DNA of 64,000 nucleotides from Bigelowiella natans CCMP2755 (taxonomy: Eukaryota > Protista > Cercozoa), in NCBI GenBank assembly GCA_000320545.1, contig ADNK01001316.1:1-64000 (forward strand). Direction: 5' to 3'. Positions 52,447 through 64,000 of the stretch are shown one piece after another. The notes under the pieces were generated by a model, which saw nothing but the letters and a program-made list of their open reading frames with translations, did no database searches and was not told the origin of the DNA. Numbering within the stretch: position 1 is the first letter of the stretch; each line of letters begins with the position of its first letter. The position numbers and the translations under genes are program-made.

Positions 52447-53240
52447 CTTAGGCTTTGAGAGTCTGAATGAATCAAGAGTTTTAAGAATCGACTCAACTTA
52501 CCATCCATGAATTTTCGAGTGAGTCCATATCATCTCACTTCAAAAACCAGGGTGGAAACTATGGCAAGATTGGTACATTAATGAATCCTAGATTTATGCG
52601 CTATCTTGCTTATCTTGCTTCTATGCTACCGTTCTGTTTCGGGTGGGGCACGACGCTGATCAGTGAGAGAGTAGTTTGTGATTTTAATTATATTTTTATG
52701 GTAAGTTGCATGTCGTTTCATCAAAATGATGGAGATTTCCTTGCATTTCATTCGTATTATAGTTTTATTTGCCCGAAAATAATACCAGAGATAATAGTTA
52801 AACTACGCTCGTGCAGTTTCAAATTTTAAAAAATTCAAACAAACATCCTACGCTTTGATCGGAAAAACGCTCTAAACAGTCGAAATTACGAAGAGTAAAG
52901 ATACAAGAAGTCGCAGAATTAAAATAAGCGCCGATCTGCACTGACGACACCTTGTCTAACCTTTCATCAACTCGGATAAAAAATACATGCAATTTTATTT
53001 TGAGACTGTGCAATTTGCTTGTCGGACATGTAAAGCACTATTTCTTGCCGAGAGGTGATTTCCGATCATCTGGGCAAAATGTCCCTGCCCTTCGTTTTGC
53101 AATGAGATGTGCAATGGTTACTCGTGTGCAGTACTCCCGGCCTTCTGGGCTACTCAAGGATGCATTTGAAAAATACTAGAAGGGCGCACCATAAGATGAT
53201 CACGAAATTATTTTAGGCAGTGCCGCCAGAGTCAATAGAA

Positions 53241-55551
53241 ATGATGCGACACGGCGCAGCACGTGTTCCTCTACTCCTGCTGTTTCTCCTTAACTCAACG
53301 ACCATGACATCAAAAATCAGCGGCTTCCTTATTTCACATAAAATAGAAGGGAGTGATCCTTTCCGTTGCAGCCGTAGGGAAGATCCTTTACTTTCAGAGA
53401 GAAAATGGCGTCGCAAAGTCCTCGAAAATGCGATAAGCAGCAGATTCGGGCATAAAAGCTCATCATCATCGTCGATGGTTGGACCTGGCGGTGAAGAACA
53501 ACTTGAAGTTGAAGCTTATGTCACCCATTTGACGAATGACCAATACATAAAGGGAGCACAGGTAGCATGTAATCTTACTCGGTTCTTCTCCGCATCCATC
53601 CTCGTCAGTTGAATGGATAAACTGACGGTCTGTTGTATGATGATTGATTCATGATATCTTCCCGTTGAGGTACTCGCCGAATCACTCAGAGAGGCCGGAG
53701 CCACAAGACCTCCACTTGCAATGATTACAGAACAGGTAATAGCATGCTTTATGTGCACGTCCTCAACGTCAATATAGCGAACCAATATGATCAATCCGAT
53801 AACCAATAAGGTGAGCGGAGAAGCTCGCAATACTTTGAGAAGTTGTGGATGGACTCTGGTCACAGTGCCGGAGTTTGGTGATGGAAGAAAGGATCTGAAT
53901 TTTTCGCGTGGGTTCTTCACAAAATTGGAGGCATGGCGATTGCCTTGGTAGTTCGCATGTGCTTTCTCTCGCAGTGCGAAGACTTTCTGATGCGGAACCG
54001 TACATTTCTTTGTTTCTCTGCCCATGTTACAAATATCAGCACAAGAGTGATTTATCTGGACACGGATATTCTTGCTGTTGGTAACCCTGATGTCCTGTTT
54101 GAGCTCGCCCAAGGCGGTTCGCGCCCAGGTGTGAGAAGGACGTATAAACACGCCAACAGGATTGTCACAAGCAACTGATGCATTGTTAATATTTCGCGGA
54201 TGGACTCACTAATACTGAAACCAAAAGCTGTTCATCGATCTTATTTGGTATTACCATTACAGATTTTCTCTTTGCTGTCCAAGATAGCCAACCGCACATG
54301 CAAGGGTGCTTATTTTTGCCACAAAAAGAAGGGCTTTTGCCTCGTAATGATTCCGTCGGTGTTGTGTTTGATTGGGTGATGATGACTCAGACATGCGCCT
54401 ATTCCAAACACTGGAGTGATGGTGTTGAAGCCTGACATAAGAGTTTATGCACGAATAGTTGAGACTCTTTCAGGTCGCATTCAAACTGCTCTCGAAATAG
54501 TCAGATCATGATCGTTATCTTGTTCAAAGCAGCCTCGGCGACTCCTCTTCACGAGATGCCCTTTTACGAGCAAGGGTAATACAAAGCTATGTGAATTTCT
54601 GGGAGTGTATAAATCGACTCGATTGCTACCGTTGATCAGATTCATCGGGAAGTTCTTCGCAGGGAAATGGGTCCAATTGCCAGCTAAATACAATTTCTGT
54701 GTGCGGTACGTGGCAAATGTTTGAAGAGCCTGAGAGTCGTGTTTCGAGCGCATCAGCAATTTGAGCGTATGGTTAGGTATTTGAATCGTCCTTTGTACCA
54801 AGACATTCGTCATCGAGACAATAAGGTTTTTATACATTATGCAAAGGTCGTAGGCACTAACTCGAATTGTAACTTACAGCTGCGATATATTTTCCATCCA
54901 TCATTGCCAACTTTCTTACTCATTAACGTGTAGTGCAAACCTTGGGATTTATCACTGCAACGTATTGTACTGCAAGAGGCACACTCTCAGGTTGGCTTGT
55001 TTTGCCTCCCATCTTCCACGTTTTTTATGCTCGCCGCTGTTTCGGCGAACACAGACAAAAATGCATGCAAGACGCCTATATTAACGATATATCAAACAGG
55101 GATTTGGAAAGGAATATCTAAGATATATTCGAATGTTCACAAATGCTGCTAATCGATACGGATATCATCATCTGGTTGATGAGAGAGATGGCGACGGAAG
55201 CGGAGTTATAGTGTGGAACGACATTCACGAGGAAGTAATCACGCTAATAACCGTATGGGTTTGCGTTCTATTCAGTGAAATCGTAATGTCAAGCAGGTAC
55301 ATAATCAGCGGCGTTGGGTAAAGGTTCTAGCATCTCATATACGCTCTGACCTGGAGCTCAAACCGCTTCTTCCCTTGTTGCGTGGAGATGTTGGTGGCCC
55401 TGGCCCTAAAACCTCTGATGTTCTCGACAGGAAATCGCCCTTGAAGAACTTATTCGTGCAGAGAAAAAAGAAGGACGTGAATGGGGAGGTATCCCAAAGT
55501 GATCGCCGAGAACGAGTCGAAGCATTGTCTGAAGTGCCCGACGCGGACTAA
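53241..55551 (+). CDS. GT8 glycogenin-like glycosyltransferase with signal peptide and transit-like leader
   Basis: AYVTHLTNDQYIKGAQV/LAESLRE, GFFTKLEAWRLP, RVIYLDTDILAV (DxD) and IHYAK/CKPWD. Confidence 0.85.
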
Positions 55552-56442
55552 GACAAACATATGTTTTCCCAGTGTTTTATGTGGAAGTGTATAACGCGAG
55601 GCTCGAGGCTCGATCGATACTTGGATGCGTCGTGAAGTATCGTTGCCTAAGAATACTTCGAAGCTGAATTTAAATGTTGATTCATCACAAAGTAACTCGT
55701 CGTCTACATGAACAGCTAGCTGTCGTTTTATATACATAAGCATGGAGTGTGTCCAGTAGATTGATGTGCATCGATGCCATGCACGCGGGCTGGACATGCG
55801 TGCCGCGTGTGTTGTGACATATGTCATGTGCGCGGTGTTGTCTAGCATCAACATGACACAACACACATCTCTCTCCAACTCTCCCCCCCCCTAGCTCCCC
55901 CCTCTCTCTCTGCTCTCCCTCTCTTCACCATCTACATGATGTGTAATAGTGCAGGCGTGGAGAAATATACGTGCTTGTGCAAACTACTAGCGAAGCAATT
56001 GAATCAGGTGCATGTATCACAGCATCGTCTAGATCGTGCGCGCACTCAAGAATCGAGCATGCCAAAACAGCATCTGATGCATGCGATACCTTGCATTCTA
56101 TTGGTGCTTACGCAGCCATTGCAGCGACGTTCACGGTGGTACATTTTCGTCTGCGCTACCCCTGCATTGAAGGTCTTATACATGGCACGCACTACTAGCT
56201 TGGAATGAAGTTGGTGAATCGCTGTATGTACGTAGGATGCCACTGTACATTTTACCGTGAGGTGCGTACGTAGCATGTGTCAGGGTTGATATACGTGCAT
56301 GTGCGTGCTGCCACATATGCATGGCACGAACAGTTTTAACTGCCTGACGGCTGCATGAGCAGCGAACATTTTAATTGTAATGTTTAAATAAATAAGACGG
56401 AGCTATGCCGCGACGAAACACATTTCAATGTGACTACTGACC

Positions 56443-57375
56443 TCATTCGTCATGATCAACAGGCTCATATAAAGAGCATGCAGGCTTGGAAACTGTGCCG
56501 ATTTCGAGCGATTTATGCCTAACACACAGAGCTCGTCAATCCCTTCAGACACGACGCGATAAGACAAGGTACCTTAATACGTGCTGTATTGTCCACAGGC
56601 AGCAAAACGGGCTTCCAAGTAGAAGACAACCAGCACACCAGAGGATCCCAACTGCAATAAATTCAAAAAGCAGCATTCAATTGTACAACTAAAATAATCC
56701 GTGCAGAGAATCATAATTATTACGCCAAAAGGTAATGGTGTAAGAGAGGTGTAAACTAGTTCTGGGCTACTCATTCCGTATCGCTCGCATTTACGCATGT
56801 GCAAGCATGTTAACTCTACCTTTGAATCCTTCCGTATGAAGAATAATTCCACACAGGCATAAAGCGGCTCCTAAAACAGCCGATGGTAAAAAACATGTTT
56901 ACTTAATTTGCGTAATTTTTGTCTATTCAGACGCGTGATAATTTAAATTCTAGAAGGCCACGTTCAAAGCTATTCAGATTCATTTTAAAACATACTTCCA
57001 TACCATAATAATCGAAGACTGTTGTCACTAGCCAGCTCTGGAGCCATGGAAGGCTTTACCATTAAATCATGAGATGGGGGAAATAATTAGACAAGCCCGA
57101 GATCAGAATATACTCACGAGTAGGCGTAGAGATGGTTCAGAAAGTTATGATTGCCATCATCGGTTTGGGAGCGTGCTACCTACCACCTACCTTTCGGAAT
57201 CGAGAGGGAACAGCGGGTAGGAGTGCAGCGTACGTGCCAGGATGATGGTGAAAAACACCCCATATATCGCGTAGATAGCAGCAACTGAGTACGTAGTAAG
57301 AGGCGATAGTTGCACGAAGTTTTTGCCTCCCATTGATGCGATGTGGGGCTGTACACTGTTAGCCGAGGCTTCCAT
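56443..57375 (-). CDS. Small membrane protein, DUF1475-like
   Basis: Spliced: YPLFPLDSE / LPWLQSWLVTTVFDYY / GAALCLCGIILHTE / ILWCAGCLLLGSPFCCLW. Confidence 0.6.
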
Positions 57376-57806
57376 GAACGCGGATGTGGAGAGAGGAGTG
57401 GTGCTCGAAGTGTGGTTGCTGTCCACGCGACGGTGGGTACGGGGGAACCACGACGTACGACAATCCAAAACTGCCCAAAACATGAAAAAGCGTAGGTGAT
57501 TTTGAAGTTACCGTGCCGATTTCATTAAGACGACATTGAAATTATCTTGTCGTAGAATAAAAAACGAATGCGGTTTTAGACGATGATGATGGTGCGTCAA
57601 ATCACGAACACGGGAGAGCTTCACTGCTTCTCTTGGATCACTCCTCCAACCACTGCTACTCTTATCGATCGATCGACGAGTGCTCTTCCCTCTCCTACAC
57701 GAATACGTAACGATATTCGAGCTGCTGCAGAGAGCATCCTTCGAAGAAACTCTTAGGAATCTTCTGCTCCTGGCCGCCGCCTTGCCTCTTTGACCTGTTG
57801 CGAAGG

Positions 57807-58975
57807 ATGATGTCTGTCTTCAACAGTCGCTCCGCCGTTTATGTTGTTGCCATGGTCGTGTGCCTGGCAGTCGCCGGAATAAACATAATGGCCTCTCCCC
57901 ATGGTGGAAGTGGAAGGTTAAAAACGTCTATCTTTATTTATTTCATGAATAGGAATTCACCATCCGTAACCATTAGAAATTTGGGGAATATGGTGTCATC
58001 AAAATGCAGTGCAAAATCGTCGCTTTGCCGGCGAAGTATCTCATCAAGAACCCCAGCTGGTCTCTCTTTGTCATATTCGTCTCTTCAAGCTTCTCGTTAC
58101 TCCTCTAGCCAGCAAACCTCCTTAACGAGGTGCAGCGCTACATTGTCCCCAGGTGCAGTTGACAGATGAGTACGTCGTTGATGTGTGTATATGTGAATCT
58201 AATCGTTCCACCTCTATTACCCACAGGAGACTTGGTTCTAGTGACCGGTAGTACTGGCGGCGTTGGACAGCTGGTTACAGCAAATTTACTTCAGAAGGTC
58301 GGTTGAGAATCTGCGGTGATTTCGTCATATCATTGTACTTTTTTTTGCAATGGCCGCTGCGGCAGTAGTTAGTAAGAGAAACGTATAATGTCGACCCTCT
58401 TTCTCCACTTTTATCAGGGCTTTAGAGTTCGTGCGGTTACGCGAAGCGAAGAGAGAGGGAAACAACTATTCGGCGAGGCGGAAAACTTGGAGGTTGTACC
58501 TCCTTCATCACTCTTACAATCACATTTCCACCAACCACGGAGTAGTCCACATATCTAGTCGCGCACGGAAGGGGGAGGAAGGATGGAGAGAGGAAAGGAT
58601 GATGGAATTAGAGGAGGAAGTGAAGGAAGTGTACATTGTATCACTGATTCTGTTGGCAGGTGGTTGTCGCAGACCAGCGAGATGCTGAATCTATCAGTGC
58701 TGCTATGGATGGAGTAGATGGTGTAGTCTCATGCTCCGGAACAACGGCATTTCCTTCAAAAAGATGGGATGGGAATAATGGCCCCGAAATGACTGACAAA
58801 GTAGTGCTGCGTATGATTCTGCGTTCATCCGAAACCACTATTTGATCTGACGAGGTATCGATGATGAAACAAACAATTATTAGGTGGGGCTGCACAACCT
58901 CATTGACGCCGCAAAATCGCATTCAGACAAAATAAAGAGATTTCTTCTGGTAGACCATTGAAACTGATAAATTGG

Positions 58976-59021
<46 letters not shown>

Positions 59022-60402
59022 TCTATATTGTCCTTGACTGGACATCATGTGGTTGATTCCCCAATGATTAATATATCTACATGTTCGGTAGATTTTTGTA
59101 GCTGGTAGGTATAGGTAGTAAGATTGTAAAGACCTCCCCCCCCCCCTCTTACCCTATCATCCAAATGTTTCAAGAAGTGGCATTCATATCGGAAAAAAAA
59201 ATTCTCTTCCCCCCATCATCACCCAAAGGTTTCGAGCACTGGCGTTGTGCGTCGCAAGCAGTTCCCATTTGTCATTATGAACGCCTTCGGAGTCTTAGAC
59301 TACAAGAAACTCAGCGAAGAGGTATGGTGATACGCTGCTACTGCCATGCAATAATGACGATAATCATGGGGAGGAGGAGGAGGAGGAGGAGGAGGAGGAG
59401 GAGGAGGGACGTTGGCGCTATGCTGCCGATTATCATTTACACCTCACCAAATAACAACACGAACAACGAGGGAACACCCATCCTTCGCTGCCTCTTTTCT
59501 GATCATTCACAACTGTTGTTCCCCCCCCTTCTCGCTGCAAAGTACTTGGAAGGATCTGGTTTGCCATACACCATCGTTCGTCCCGGTCGTTTGACAGACG
59601 GTATGCTACTACATAGAATCTTCACACATCTTCCCACTACTCCTACATGATAATGAGAAACGAATGACTACTACCACGAGCCCACGAGCATCGTTAGCTG
59701 TATGAGAATTCAGACGATTGCATTAACGCATTGATGTGCTGTTACATCCCCAAAAGGACCGTATACATCTTACGACCTGAACACCCTCCTACGCGCCACG
59801 AGTGGTTCCCGCAAAAACGTGGAGATGTCGCGAGAGTACGTGAGCACACGCAGCTGAGCATCGTCAACCGTAGTCGCCGTCGACAATGCAAAACCATCTA
59901 TTAGTGTACATGGAGTAGGTGACACGAATAAAAAATATAAACTATGCGTTTGCTCTCTTGCTCCATGCTTCATGATTTGTTGCGTTGTGTTTTTGATAGC
60001 GACGTCTTAAATGGGGAAATGTCGCGGATTACCCTAGCCGAGGCAGTCTCACAAGCAATTCAACTGCCGTGCACAGAGGTAGTAGTTAACATCTCCCCCA
60101 AGGATAGCACTGGGATTGATGATCATAAATTCAACAACAGCAACAACAACAACAACAACACAATAACAACAGCCAAGCCCTGTATTTTCCGTCATCGTTA
60201 GCATCGTTATTATAACCGTTATCATTATTGTTATCATAACAAACAGGGTATGCATGTAAGTATGATGTCGCGAGAAGGTGAAGGCCCTGGCAGTCAGGTA
60301 GTTTGAATCTTTGAGGGTGTTACAAAATAGCATTATTTCAATTGCAATACTTATCTGTTTTAGTCCAACCTGTGGGAAGAATTATATCAGCAGCAACAGT
60401 GA
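57807..60402 (+). CDS. Plastid-targeted atypical SDR, NAD(P)-binding Rossmann protein (Tic62/NmrA-like)
   Basis: Bipartite leader, VLVTGSTGGVGQLV, GTTAFPSKRWDGNNGP, SGLPYTIVRPGRLTDG/PYTSYDLNTLL and GEMSRITLAEA. Confidence 0.9.
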
Positions 60403-61141
60403 GCTTCGTAAACCTCTCGAAGGGATCAAAATTTGTAACAAAAATGCCAAGAAGAGGGAGGTTCGTGCTGAGGTTTGGAACGTTTTTTATCACTACTTCA
60501 CTGCTACTATAGGGACATATATGTCCATATACGTGTAGACGTCTACGACATGTGTACATCACGTACTTCACATGTACCTGTAGCTACACGTGTGCCAAAT
60601 AATGGCGCTCATATGAGCATGTGTGCTTTTTAGTACACATGGTGTGCATGGGTACATGTGTTCCTTACGCGTACACGTATAGGGACATATCTAGACATGT
60701 GTCCATGTACTACAGTAGTACGATTGACAAAATTTTGCTACATTCATCGATTAGCGCGTCAAGTATCGTGGTAAGAAAGAGTGTATTTGCTAGCCAACAA
60801 GCGTACTAGCTAGCTAGTCTGTGCCAGTTTGCATGCATGCTCGGCTCGGCGCATGCATCATCATCATTGTGCATCATCAGTCATGCTAGCATGCCACACG
60901 CTAGATCTAGCTCGCGCGCGCGTAGCAGGGGTTCATGGCGCCGCAAGCAAGGCGTTTCATCATCACAGTTGACAATGTTGCATCGCATGTGTATGACCGC
61001 AGGGGCAAACATGCATTGACCGCACGCACATGTTGTCCATGCATGCATGACAAAAATCAAGCCAGCGCATGCATCATAGTGAATGCTCCAGTAGATTCCG
61101 AGATAGAACGTTTCATTCGTTTGCGTTATGAAAAATGTTCA

Positions 61142-63400
61142 TCAAACTTTACCTTGGTGCCTCCGGACATGGTGAGTGTAAGCTCTTTTCGAACGAAGGA
61201 GCTGTGAGCACCACTCGCATTGGAACGGCCAGTGGTTGAGGTGAATCATCCTATGGGCTACTAGATTGGATTTTTGGTGGAAACTCTTTGAGCAGTTTGC
61301 GCACTGGAACTGTCTGTTGATTTTGTGAATAGCGATATGCTGATTTAGATTGCCGCGAGTTGTGAAGTCTTTCTGGCACTCGATGCACTTGTATGGGAGA
61401 TGGGTGAGATGCTGGCGAGCGTAGTGCACATCTAGTGATATTCTCTGCCGAAACTTGGCGCTACATTTTAAGCATTTGAAAGGGTGCTGGCCTGTGTGGA
61501 TGCGCTGGTGCATGCTCAACGATATCGCTGACTTCAAGACTTTTGAGCAATTGACACACACAAATCTTGTCGCGACATCTTTCTGTGTAGTTGTCCGTGA
61601 ATTCGTCGAAGGGGGGAGGGTAGATAAGGCACCATTTTTTCCACCATCGTCGTCGTACTTCCCTGAGATCTCGTCGCCACTCATGGCAGCAGTAGCAAGA
61701 GTAGTAGGAGGCGGAGGAGGAGGATTGGGAGGAGTAAAGGTTGCTACTGTAAATGAAGAATCGTTGCTGTGTATTTTTTGTACGTGATCTAACAGATTGG
61801 TATGTGATGCGAAATGTCGGTTGCAGATCCGACACGTTTTCTTCTTATGCACTTGCTGGTGCCTCATGAGATTGGAGGAACTATAGAACCGCCGCAAACA
61901 CATCGAGCAATTAAACCGCCGCTGATTATACGGCTCATGCGCTGCACTTATGTGGGCTTTTACAGAAGCAGGTTGAGCGAAAGAACGATTGCAGAAGGAG
62001 CAAGAATGAGGACGATCACCGCTATGAAGCCGAGTATGATGCCTCAAAGACGTTCTATCCTGCATCATCGCGTAACATATTTCACACTGAAACCGCCCTC
62101 GCTTTCTCTCTGAAGTCATGGCCAAGGGGGTAGAAGAAGGGATATCAGTGGGAGTAGCAGCACGAGCAGTAGTGCTGCTATTATTACCGCTGATTGTACT
62201 TGTAGTAATACCACAGCCCATATTTCTACTACGACTGCTACCACTCCCCCCCCTACTACTACCACTACTACTACTACTACTAGCAGTAGTGGTAGCAGTT
62301 GCAGTTGTTAATTTTGCCGTAGTAGTACCATTACAACTTTTATTGGTAAGGAGATGATCCGGGACCATCTCCGTGGAGTATACCAACCTCGATGCTGCTG
62401 CTGCTGCTGCTGCTGCTCCAGATGATGATGATGATGATGACGACGACGACGACGACGACGCCGAGGATGATTTTGCAGAAATAATGACTGTCGACGCTGT
62501 TTGGTCTACACGATTTTGTTGCAATATGTGAGAATGAATGGGGGCGAACAACGTTCCTGCCTCCATAGTCACCGTTCTCATCGGCATCGTAAGGAGGGGC
62601 TCGAGGCACGTGGCACTTTCCTCCCCCATGACCGTCAGCGGTGGTGGACAATGGGGATTTTCTGAAAATGAGAGAAAAACTAGGACGAATGCACCCGCAG
62701 CAAAAGCTAATGCAAGAATGAAGGCCAGCCATAGACATAAGGACGGGGTAATGTGATACGTTTGAAAGTAATAACACAAGTGAGGAGGAGGAGGAGATGG
62801 TGGGCTACGATTTAATCCATAATTATTGGTAATATTGGGTTGAGCTGATTCTTCTGTTAATGCCAATTCTACTGCAGAAAAACGAGGGCAGTAGGCGTTG
62901 TTCCGAGAAGTGTCGATTTCATAGGGATGTGTAGCACTGACACATACTTCTCGGTACATGCACTCATTCAGTTGAATGCTTTGCCGGGGATCGCTGCTTT
63001 GATTGATCTGAAAGAGATACCCATGCAAATCTTAGTTCTCGTTCTCAAAAAATTAATAGACCATATCAACCTTAATCTTGTTGCAGATCAAGAAGAAGAA
63101 GAAGAAGAAGAAGAAGAAGAAGAAGAAGAAGAAGAAGAAGAAGAAGAAGAAGAAGAAGAGGAGGCAAAAATATCCACAGAAATACAACAATCGATTATAC
63201 AAGATGCAGCGACACACGTGTAAGTGCACATATTGAAACAAAAATATTCTGTATTTCTACCTGGCTGGCGAGAGGGGCAGCAAGGAAGTGAGGATTCCAC
63301 GTCTATCTCATCTCCGCTTCAGATCAGCCTCTTCGTCCGGTCGTCCGCCGCTCCGAGAGATGTGTTCAGGCCTGGAATACGGAATCCAACGGCACCCAAA

Positions 63401-63439
<39 letters not shown>

Positions 63440-63657
63440 CGCAGTAAGTGTGCTTGTTTCTGTGCGTGCCGTTTTATAAATGCGACAAGCTTATACCCGC
63501 TGTCGTCGTCATCATTCACATAGAATTCGCCCCAAAGAAAACTACAAATAATAAATGAATAAATCGGCCTTTCTATTTTTGTATCCGGCTGCTTTTGAAA
63601 TTTTTGAATTGAAACTATGGCGTCGCCTCCCCCCCTCGGCGTGCTCTGACAAGACAC
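61142..63657 (-). CDS. C2H2 zinc-finger transcription factor (9 fingers in clusters of 4 and 5); 5' exons uncertain
   Basis: Repeated CxxC...HxxxH with HSGDRPH and HTGQHPF linkers. Ser-rich low-complexity N-terminus and a probable poly-Q upstream exon. Confidence 0.88.
63090..63160. repeat. (GAA)n microsatellite
   Basis: Read directly from the sequence; more than 20 units. Confidence 0.9.
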
Positions 63658-63717
63658 ACCTTTTCAGAAGCTTTGGAGAGGAGAGGCAGAGGGGAACGAA
63701 GACGATCGGGGTCAAAT

Positions 63718-64000
63718 ATGAGTGAATTCAACCCCCTCTTTGATCAATGCAATGGCACGCATTACGAAGAAGTCCTCGAATCATTCGACGGCTCAATGGA
63801 AGGCCAAGAAGCAAACACGTCAGATTTCCTGCACCCCTATGCGCTTAGGGCGGATATGGAAACAGTAAGATATCTCTCATAACTGCCTACACCAAATGCT
63901 AATAGTGACTGCATCAAACAGGACGATGACCACGAAGAAAACATGCTGCTGCCAGGAGGAAGAGAGGCAAGAGGTGATAAGGGACGAGGTGAAAAAGCTG
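63718..64000 (+). CDS. 5' fragment of a hypothetical gene running off the window
   Basis: MSEFNPLFDQ...ADMET followed by a GTAAG donor. Confidence 0.4.

Noticed and set aside
62660-62950. Apparent TM helix ahead of the zinc fingers, suggesting a membrane-tethered transcription factor
   Set aside because: The segment lies between a GTATGT donor and a polypyrimidine-TTTTCAG acceptor, so it is probably an intron read through in frame.

Overview
Gene-dense, intron-rich eukaryotic nuclear DNA. It is probably from a chlorarachniophyte alga such as Bigelowiella; this is an inference from signal-peptide plus transit-peptide leaders on plastid-type proteins and GT-AG introns of about 50-300 nt. I reconstructed about 22 protein-coding genes by hand-splicing. 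They include CDC16/APC6, RPN7, FCF1/UTP24 (absent from the ORF track), RPAIN, a DHHC palmitoyltransferase, intronless calmodulin, PRIMPOL, a PTEN-like pseudophosphatase, a PH-RasGEF, a P2X receptor, a GT8 glycogenin-like protein, an atypical SDR and a C2H2 zinc-finger protein. The main finding is an 11-exon gene (4574-6932) whose phase-consistent reading frame has a single internal TGA (6368-6370, ...ANTGL*NIAQTGVWD...), making it a candidate plastid-targeted membrane selenoprotein. The second finding is architectural. Genes alternate strand almost perfectly as divergent pairs, and the spacers after 3' ends are CATG/CTAG/TGCA-rich and carry two dispersed conserved elements. No rRNA, tRNA, CRISPR array or transposase was seen. 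Exon boundaries are by-eye calls.
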